Assembly: GCA_041659325.1 (NCBI GenBank)
Contig: JBAZYN010000002.1
Span: forward strand, 513-64,512
Reading direction: 5' to 3'
Length of the DNA: 64,000 bases
DNA from: Candidatus Shapirobacteria bacterium
GTDB lineage: Bacteria; Patescibacteriota; Microgenomatia; UBA12405
The position numbers and the translations under genes were made by a program. Every line of letters begins with the position of its first letter. Positions within the stretch are counted from its first letter, which is position 1. Shown piece after piece: positions 57,839 to 64,000 of this stretch. The notes beneath the pieces are model-generated. The model made no database searches and was not told the DNA's origin. It was given only the letters and a program-made list of their open reading frames with translations.

Positions 57839-60643
57839 CTATTTTTCAACCTTTTCTATTCTTAGGGTGTCACCGTTTTCAATAGAAACACCGAGAGTCT
57901 TTTTCAAGATTTGGGACTCAAAGGATTTTGGCCAGGAGGGTGAAAAAATTTTGATCCGGTCGTCAATTTTTAGAGCGGCTCCACGCCTTAATACCTGGAT
58001 TGACCTAATAAGATCACGATATTCGCCCTCGGAAATAAGCTCGGGGGTCAAAGCGGTATCCAAAACTACATTTAACAATTCCGTTTGGGGAGCAAAGATG
58101 ACTTTTTTGACATTGGTTTCCTGGGCGATGACATCTATCAGCCCCTGATCCAGTTTGAGGCTTGAGTCGACAGTAACTTTGGCAAGCGGCTGACGGAGTT
58201 TAATGTTAAACTTTTGCCTCTGGCCGTGAACCAGTTGGCAGATATTTCTGACAGACTCCATCTGTTTTTCTAAAGTGGCGTTGATTAAGTCATTTTTTGA
58301 CTCCGGCCAGTCCTGTAGGTGAACACTTTGGATGGAGGCCGCCAGGTCAAAACCGTGAAGATTTTGAAAGATAATTTCCGACAAAAATGGAACAAAGGGT
58401 GATAAAAGACGGGAAAGACTATCAAAACAGAAAAATAGGATTTCATGATTGTCGGATCTGTCGCGGCTGCGCCTGATATACCAGGTGGACAAGTCGTTGA
58501 CAAACTTCTCGATGGTTTTAGTGGCAGCCGAAGTATTGAATTTATCCAGACTTTTGGACGTTTTGGAAATGGTGGAATTTAGCCGGGACAAAAGCCAGCT
58601 GTCCATAACATTGCCGGAATTTTGGGGAGTTAACGAATTTTTATCCGGCTGCCAATTTTCCAGATTGGCATGCTGAGTGAAAAAACGATAGGAGTTCCAA
58701 AGGATTAAAATAAAATCCCTTTTGACCTGATCGGCGATGTTGTAACCAAAATTGACGTTGGTGTGGGATTTTTGCTGACAATACAGCCAGCGCATGGCGT
58801 CGGCCCCCATTTTGGTTATGGCATTTTCGTAGGGAATACCATTTTTTTTGGTTTTGCTCATCCGTTCGCCTTTTTCGTCTCTGACTTCGGTGTGAGCGAC
58901 CACGTTTAAATAAGGGGAGGTGTTTTCGAAAGCAACACTAAAGAAAAGCATGGAGTAGAACCATAAGCGGACCTGCTCGACCATTTCTAAAACCAGATCG
59001 GCCGGAAACCATTTTTGCCAATAATTTTTGTCTTCAAGATATTTTAGAGTGGAAAAAGGGACGACTCCGGCATCGAGCCAACAATCCCCAACATCGGGAA
59101 TACGAGTGACCTCTTTTTTACACTTGGGACAGATAATCTTAATCTGGTCGATCCAGGGACGGTGAAGGGAAGGAAGTTCTTCGACGCGCTTCGCTTGCTC
59201 AGAATCAACTGCGAGTTTTTTTAGCTCCTCTAGGCTGCCAACAACTGTCAACTCACCACAGGAACATTCATAAAAAGGCAGGGCCAAACCGTAAAAACGT
59301 TTACGGCTGATCATCCAATCTTCCATTGAATCCAACCAATTTTGCATGCGGCGACCGACATATTTGGGGTGCCAATTAACTTTTTTGGCGGCTTCTTTCA
59401 TGAGAGGGCGGATTTCATCGGACTTGATATACCAACTATCTTCGAGTCTAAAGAGACACTTGGTGCGACAGCGCCAGCAGTGAGGATAGCGGTGAGTGAT
59501 CGATTCAGTTTTGTAAAGTGAATTGGTTTTTTTGAGATAGTCGAAAACGATTTGGTTTACTTTGTGAGCGTAAAGGCCAGTTAAGTCCCCAAAACCTTCG
59601 ACAAAATAGCCTCTTTCGTCGAGGGGAGCGATCATGGCTGATTTCAATTTTTTACCCAAGAGATAATCTTCCTGGCCGCAACCAGGAGCAATGTGAACCA
59701 CCCCGGTTCCCTCTTTGGGGTCGACTAGGTCCCAGACGACGATGGAGTGTTTAACATTTTCCTGGGCGGGAATTTTGTAGAGTGATTCGTATTCGAGGCC
59801 GACAAGACTATTGGCATCAATAGGTTTGTAGTCGGTGATATTTAACCGATCGGCGGCCAAGCGGGCCAGGTAGACGACATCATTATCAATTTTGGCTTTG
59901 ACATATTCAAAGCCGGGATTGATGGCCAGAAGCACATTGGCAGAAAGAGTCCAGGGAGTGGTGGTCCAGGCCAAGACATATTCGTTGTCCCGATTTAACA
60001 GTTTAAATTTTAAATAGACTGAGTCGTCGGTGACTTCTTTGTAGCCGTCGGCTTCTTCATGCTGAGAAAGACCGGTTTCGCAGCGAGGACACCAGGTAGT
60101 AGCACTTTTATTTTTGGCTAGCCAGCCTTTTTGATGAATAATTTTCAAAAAATACCAGATATAAAGATTGTTGGTTTTTGAATTGGTGTAATAGGAATTT
60201 TCCCAGTCCATAAACATGCCAAGACGTTTTGACTGCTCTGTTTGCAAATTACTGAATTTATCGACTCTTTCGATACAGGAGGTGGTAAATTTATCCAGAC
60301 CAAAGTCAATGATATCTTTTTTTGAATTAAAACCGTTTTCTTTTTCGACTTCGACTTCGACCCATAAGCCCTGGCAATCAAAACCATTTTGAAAACGCTG
60401 CGCAAACCCACAGGCATTTTTATAACGCTGAAAAACATCCTTTAATGTCCGCCCCCGGGCGTGATGAACTCCCATGGGGCCATTGGCGGTGATGGGGCCG
60501 TCAATAAAACTGAAATTTTTTTCCGAAGCATCGTTTTTGTGGAGATATCGGTTGACAAAATCATGGTGATACCACCACTCTACAAGCTCTTGCTCTAAGA
60601 CCGGAAAATCAGGCAGTGACGGTAAATCTTTAAAGTAGGACAT
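57839..60643 (-). CDS. ileS: isoleucyl-tRNA synthetase
   Basis: Class I HIGH-type PITANGPMGVHHARG, KMSKS-type RMSKTKKNG, CP1 editing domain, zinc CWRC...C..C. 934 aa. Confidence 0.95.
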   Translation of the reverse strand: MSYFKDLPSLPDFPVLEQELVEWWYHHDFVNRYLHKNDASEKNFSFIDGPITANGPMGVHHARGRTLKDVFQRYKNACGFAQRFQNGFDCQGLWVEVEVEKENGFNSKKDIIDFGLDKFTTSCIERVDKFSNLQTEQSKRLGMFMDWENSYYTNSKTNNLYIWYFLKIIHQKGWLAKNKSATTWCPRCETGLSQHEEADGYKEVTDDSVYLKFKLLNRDNEYVLAWTTTPWTLSANVLLAINPGFEYVKAKIDNDVVYLARLAADRLNITDYKPIDANSLVGLEYESLYKIPAQENVKHSIVVWDLVDPKEGTGVVHIAPGCGQEDYLLGKKLKSAMIAPLDERGYFVEGFGDLTGLYAHKVNQIVFDYLKKTNSLYKTESITHRYPHCWRCRTKCLFRLEDSWYIKSDEIRPLMKEAAKKVNWHPKYVGRRMQNWLDSMEDWMISRKRFYGLALPFYECSCGELTVVGSLEELKKLAVDSEQAKRVEELPSLHRPWIDQIKIICPKCKKEVTRIPDVGDCWLDAGVVPFSTLKYLEDKNYWQKWFPADLVLEMVEQVRLWFYSMLFFSVAFENTSPYLNVVAHTEVRDEKGERMSKTKKNGIPYENAITKMGADAMRWLYCQQKSHTNVNFGYNIADQVKRDFILILWNSYRFFTQHANLENWQPDKNSLTPQNSGNVMDSWLLSRLNSTISKTSKSLDKFNTSAATKTIEKFVNDLSTWYIRRSRDRSDNHEILFFCFDSLSRLLSPFVPFLSEIIFQNLHGFDLAASIQSVHLQDWPESKNDLINATLEKQMESVRNICQLVHGQRQKFNIKLRQPLAKVTVDSSLKLDQGLIDVIAQETNVKKVIFAPQTELLNVVLDTALTPELISEGEYRDLIRSIQVLRRGAALKIDDRIKIFSPSWPKSFESQILKKTLGVSIENGDTLRIEKVEK

Positions 60644-60709
60644 AATTGGGTGAATTTTAACCTTTTTGAATCGAATTTACCAGAAATAATATGTATAATC
60701 TGAACTACT

Positions 60710-60985
60710 ATGAAATATCGCCCGTCTTATTTTAAATATTCGCCCATTCCCTACACCGGTTGTAAATATTGCCTTCCATGCCCTTTTGGGGTAAATATCC
60801 CCCGTAATTTTGAAATCTATAATGAGATGAAAATGTTTGATTGTCACGAAACCAGTGCCAAAGAGTATGGCAGTCTTGACGATTTGCAGAAAGCTTCTAA
60901 CTGCAGACAATGTGGTAAGTGTGAACCTCTCTGTCCACAAAAAATTGCTATACGTGACTGGTTGGTAAAAGTGGCAGGAATATAA
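60710..60985 (+). CDS. Cys-rich 4Fe-4S ferredoxin-like fragment (possible remnant of an AKR-FeS oxidoreductase C-terminus)
   Basis: CKYCLPCPFGVNIPRNFEIYN and CRQCGKCEPLCP (CxxCxxCxxxCP). Only 91 aa with no upstream catalytic domain. Confidence 0.35.
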   Translation: MKYRPSYFKYSPIPYTGCKYCLPCPFGVNIPRNFEIYNEMKMFDCHETSAKEYGSLDDLQKASNCRQCGKCEPLCPQKIAIRDWLVKVAGI

Positions 60986-61446
60986 TGGTGCATATGGAAA
61001 ATCATAAAATAAATGTTCGATTGAGAATCGTTGTTATCAAAGACGGCAAGCTTTTGGTTCAGTACCGACAAAAACATGATTATTATCATTATATTGGTGG
61101 GCATTTAGAATACGGAGAAACGGTGCTGGAGGGCTGTATTAGAGAAGTGGCCGAAGAGTGCGACGGGGCCACATTTGCGTTTAATAAAATTCTTTATATC
61201 CGTGACTTTATTCTCCCCGAAGAAAACGAGCATAGTGTGGAATTGTTTATATTAGGAAATATTGATAAGTCAGAAAAATTGGAACATCTTTTTGACCCTC
61301 AACATACCGATAATTCTGTTTGGTGTACGTGGTTGGATATGGATAAGCTTCCGAATAATTTAAAGCCAAAGGATTTAACTAAAAAATTAGTGACTGATTA
61401 TAAAAATAATTTTCTAAATACCGGCGAGTACGTGGGGAGGATGTAA
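60985..61446 (+). CDS. NUDIX hydrolase
   Basis: Nudix box GGHLEYGETVLEGCIREVAEECD. Confidence 0.8.
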   Translation: MVHMENHKINVRLRIVVIKDGKLLVQYRQKHDYYHYIGGHLEYGETVLEGCIREVAEECDGATFAFNKILYIRDFILPEENEHSVELFILGNIDKSEKLEHLFDPQHTDNSVWCTWLDMDKLPNNLKPKDLTKKLVTDYKNNFLNTGEYVGRM

Positions 61447-61449
61447 AAA

Positions 61450-61944
61450 ATGAAAATTTCATCAGTCGTTGAATGGAGTAGCCAGAAGGTAACTTATACT
61501 TGGATTCCGGCGGATGATTTGAAAAAATTTCAACCAATAAAACAAGCTTATGGCGTTTGTGTAAATGACGACAAAGAAACCCTGATATACCGTGCACCAG
61601 GGAAAACAAACTGGAATTTACCCGGGGGTACACCGGAAGGAAACGAGTCCCCGATTGAAACATTAAAACGGGAGTTAATAGAAGAAGTCGATATTGAAGT
61701 TGAGCGAATTAAACCCCTGGGGGTTCAAAAAGTAGTTTTTTCCGACGGTGTTATTTTTTACCAGGCCCGATTTTATTGCAAAATAAAAAAAATATTATCT
61801 CAAACGGTTGACCCGGCAACAGGGCTTTTGAACGAACGTAAATTTGTGAAAATTGCAGAGCTTAATAAGTATTTAAAATGGGGTGAAATCGGTGAAGCGA
61901 TTGCTAAACGGGTGGTAAATATGGAAACAATCCTTAATTATTAA
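61450..61944 (+). CDS. NUDIX hydrolase
   Basis: Nudix box LPGGTPEGNESPIETLKRELIEEVDI. Confidence 0.8.
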   Translation: MKISSVVEWSSQKVTYTWIPADDLKKFQPIKQAYGVCVNDDKETLIYRAPGKTNWNLPGGTPEGNESPIETLKRELIEEVDIEVERIKPLGVQKVVFSDGVIFYQARFYCKIKKILSQTVDPATGLLNERKFVKIAELNKYLKWGEIGEAIAKRVVNMETILNY

Positions 61945-62303
61945 TGGCTACAAAACAAAATTAGAACATTCCGGTCCCAAAAATCACACAGGGTGCCAAT
62001 CCATCAACTCTAACTCCAACATAATTCCAGTGTACCTAAACTTACCAGACAAAGATTTTTGTAAAAATCCGATGAGTAGAAGAAGAATCGTTAGATTAAA
62101 GTTTGGATTTTGTAGTTTATTGTGGACTAAGAGTGGTTTCAAAATATATTATGGATTGAGTTATAATTGACCTATAAAAAACTCACGATCTTACGATCGG
62201 GGTTTTGTGTTCCGCTTTTGTCGAGCAATGCTTAGTTATTAATAGCTTCATCTCCGACCTCACGGTCGGAGATTTCGCTGTCTTGGAATAAATATGACTG
62301 AAA

Positions 62304-62870
62304 TTGAAATTCGAGGGAAATTATCAGAAAGTGAATTCTAATATGCAAATAATTTACCTGGCCGGGAATAGCCTTAATAATAAAACTTGGATTGAAAAGG
62401 TAAAATTCAACTTTGATTCGTTTTCCGAGGGTGATATTTTGTATTACGATCATTGGGAATCCGGAAAAGAATGGATAAACCTAAATAAAGAATCAGAAAA
62501 ATTAGCCAAACTCGCAAAAGATATAAAAGATTGTTTTGTTTTTGCCAAATCAATCGGATCGGTATTGGCTTTAAAAAATATTATGGAGGGAACCCTACAC
62601 ACAAAGAAAATGGTGATTTGCGGATTTCCCTATCGGGCTGGTAAAAGAGAGCTTGAAGAAATAAATGAGTGCTTAAGGACGCTTGCTGTCCCGACAATGT
62701 TTATTCAAAATGAATTCGACCCGGTTTATAGTTTTGATGAATTGACAAAAACACTGGAAGAAAATAGTCCACTTGATTGCCACCTAGTGAAAATTCCACG
62801 CAATAATACACATGACTATGAGGACTTTGAGAATTTAACAAAAACCACCAGAGAGTTTTTTGAAAAATAA
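62304..62870 (+). CDS. small alpha/beta-hydrolase (paralog C)
   Basis: IIYLAGNS..., FAKSIGS, VICGFPYRAG, DPVYS, NNTHDY are collinear with paralogs A and B. The start is probably the ATG at 62343 (MQIIYLAG). Confidence 0.5.
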   Translation: MKFEGNYQKVNSNMQIIYLAGNSLNNKTWIEKVKFNFDSFSEGDILYYDHWESGKEWINLNKESEKLAKLAKDIKDCFVFAKSIGSVLALKNIMEGTLHTKKMVICGFPYRAGKRELEEINECLRTLAVPTMFIQNEFDPVYSFDELTKTLEENSPLDCHLVKIPRNNTHDYEDFENLTKTTREFFEK

Positions 62871-63105
62871 TAATATGATTCTATCTCCTAAAATTCGAAA
62901 AGCTTTAAGATTGGCTGCTGTTCAACATGATGGCCAATACCGCAAAGATGGTGTTACTCCGTTTATCATTCATCCAATTGAAGTGGCCATGATTGTCTCA
63001 GAATATACCGATAATGAGGATATTATTAGTGCTGCTTTGCTTCATGATGTTTTGGAGGATACCCGGGGGTGTTCCATGGGGTATGAAAACTTTCCTTCCC
63101 TATAA
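62860..63105 (+). pseudogene. truncated HD-domain (RelA/SpoT-type (p)ppGpp hydrolase-like) N-terminal fragment
   Basis: LAAVQHDGQYRKDGVTPFIIHPIEVAMIV...AALLHDVLEDT is the SpoT HD signature. The ORF ends after 81 aa, where the convergent NUDIX gene begins. Confidence 0.5.
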
Positions 63106-63519
63106 CAATTCAACCTTTTTCAAAAATATTAAGTACCTCAATAATCCACCCACTATTTCGTAGTTCACTTTTCATATTTTTTATTTCTTCAAAAGAAAAC
63201 CACTTAGCGTCAAGAATTTCATCTTTTGGATAACTTAAATCTCCACTTATTATTTTTGCTTCAAAAGCGTGTATTACAGGCTCATTAGCTGAGTTATGGA
63301 TAACACAAATTTTCTTAATTAATTCAACGTTATAACCAACTTCTTCCTTTGCTTCTCTAATAGCGGCTTGTTCGATAGATTCCCCTACGTCGACATGTCC
63401 AGCAGGGAAATTCCAAAGACCATATACTTATAGCTTTTTTCTTGAATTAAAAGATATTTATTATTTTGGTTAATAACGACACCCGCGACGACTAAAACTC
63501 TTTGGTCTTCTTTTTTCAT
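63106..63519 (-). pseudogene. frameshifted NUDIX hydrolase
   Basis: N-terminal frame MKKEDQRVLVVAGVVINQNNKYLLIQEKSYKY, then a 1-nt frame change near 63410-63420 into NFPAGHVDVGESIEQAAIREAKEEVGYNV... (the Nudix box), ending at TGA 63106. Confidence 0.55.
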
Positions 63520-63660
63520 AATTTATTCTAACCAATGGTATCTTTTGTTACAATACTGCGAATATTGTGCCCCGAAGCGAGAGAAGGCGAAACGTAATAA
63601 ATTTCTTTCAGAAATTTAAATGTTTCAGCAGCGTTTGCCGACTTTGTCGGCATTACGCTG

Positions 63661-63743
63661 CGGAAGGAGAGGGAGTCGAACCCTCATGCCATTTCTGACG
63701 CGGGTTTAGCAAACCCGTGGCTTACCATTCGCCGCATCCTTCC
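63661..63743 (-). tRNA. tRNA-Ser(GCT), class II (long variable arm)
   Basis: Manual fold: acceptor GGAAGGA/TCCTTCC, anticodon stem CGGGT/ACCCG, loop TTGCTAA, 15-nt variable arm, T-arm GAGGG-TTCGACT-CCCTC, discriminator G73. Confidence 0.65.
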
Positions 63744-63806
63744 TGGATACCCACAGTGCGTTCTAGTATATCAAATTTTGGAAAAATGCTTTAGAATAAG
63801 TGTAGC

Positions 63807-64000
63807 TATGAAAGGAAAAAAGGACGACTATATTTTTACCGATCCGAGCGAAGAGAAAACTGTTTTTGAATGGGTGGCGGCCGAAAGAGCTTTTAAAAAT
63901 AGGGATAAGGATTTTTGGGTAACGGCAATTTCTATTTTGGTAATCGTGGGAATTATTCTTTTTTTAATCGGCGAAAGCATGCTGATTATTGCCTTGTGTT
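63807..64000 (+). CDS. hypothetical membrane protein (5' partial at window edge)
   Basis: ATG at 63807: MKGKKDDYIFTDPSEEKTVFEWVAAERAFKNRDKDFWVTAISILVIVGIILFLIGESMLIIALC... It runs off the window and is absent from the ORF track. Confidence 0.3.

Noticed and set aside
58285-58676. Short ORFs inside ileS (58285..58503, 58449..58676, 57798..58148, 60145..60438)
   Set aside because: Fully embedded in IleRS coding sequence in other frames or strands.

Overview
This ~64 kb window comes from a low-GC bacterium with a small-genome gene repertoire. By inference from gene content it is Candidate Phyla Radiation/Patescibacteria-like (DUF5667 protein, split transketolase, IPK plus MVD alternative mevalonate genes, two tandem class A PBPs, type-2-like IleRS, eukaryote-like QNG1). 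The conserved backbone comprises cdd-recF; a glycolysis/pentose block (rpiB-pgk-gap-rpe, fba, split tkt, PfkB kinase, eno, gpmI); groES-groEL; ileS; two PBP1A genes; an envelope glycosylation cluster; and a mevalonate/lipid block (MVD, IPK, plsY x2, fakA). Two accessory regions stand out. (1) Positions ~2650-10212 look like an integrated element abutting a tRNA-Tyr. It carries a large serine recombinase whose ORF runs antisense through the tRNA, an R-less Type I-like M+S pair whose M subunit has an N-terminal HSDR_N (PD-(D/E)xK-like) domain, a T4 Imm-like superinfection-immunity protein, a MerR-like regulator, and an in-frame 18-bp x3 tandem repeat. (2) Positions ~35110-44370, between an ECF sigma factor and tRNA-Cys, form a compositionally mosaic cassette bracketed by two paralogous small alpha/beta-hydrolases. 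It contains a Pol-beta nucleotidyltransferase, an HExxH protein, an EEP phosphoesterase, a NudC-like zinc-ribbon NUDIX, a Tgs1-like (Methyltransf_15-like) methyltransferase, an HhH-GPD glycosylase-like protein, a second NUDIX and a P-loop kinase. This is my best candidate for an undescribed nucleotide or RNA-end processing/defence-type system. A third alpha/beta-hydrolase paralog recurs near the 3' end together with three more NUDIX genes (one frameshifted) and a truncated SpoT-like HD fragment. Three tRNAs were found by manual folding, all on the minus strand: Tyr, Cys and Ser. No rRNA or CRISPR array was found. The ORF track prints non-ATG (TTG/GTG) codons as M, so several track starts are probably over-extended.
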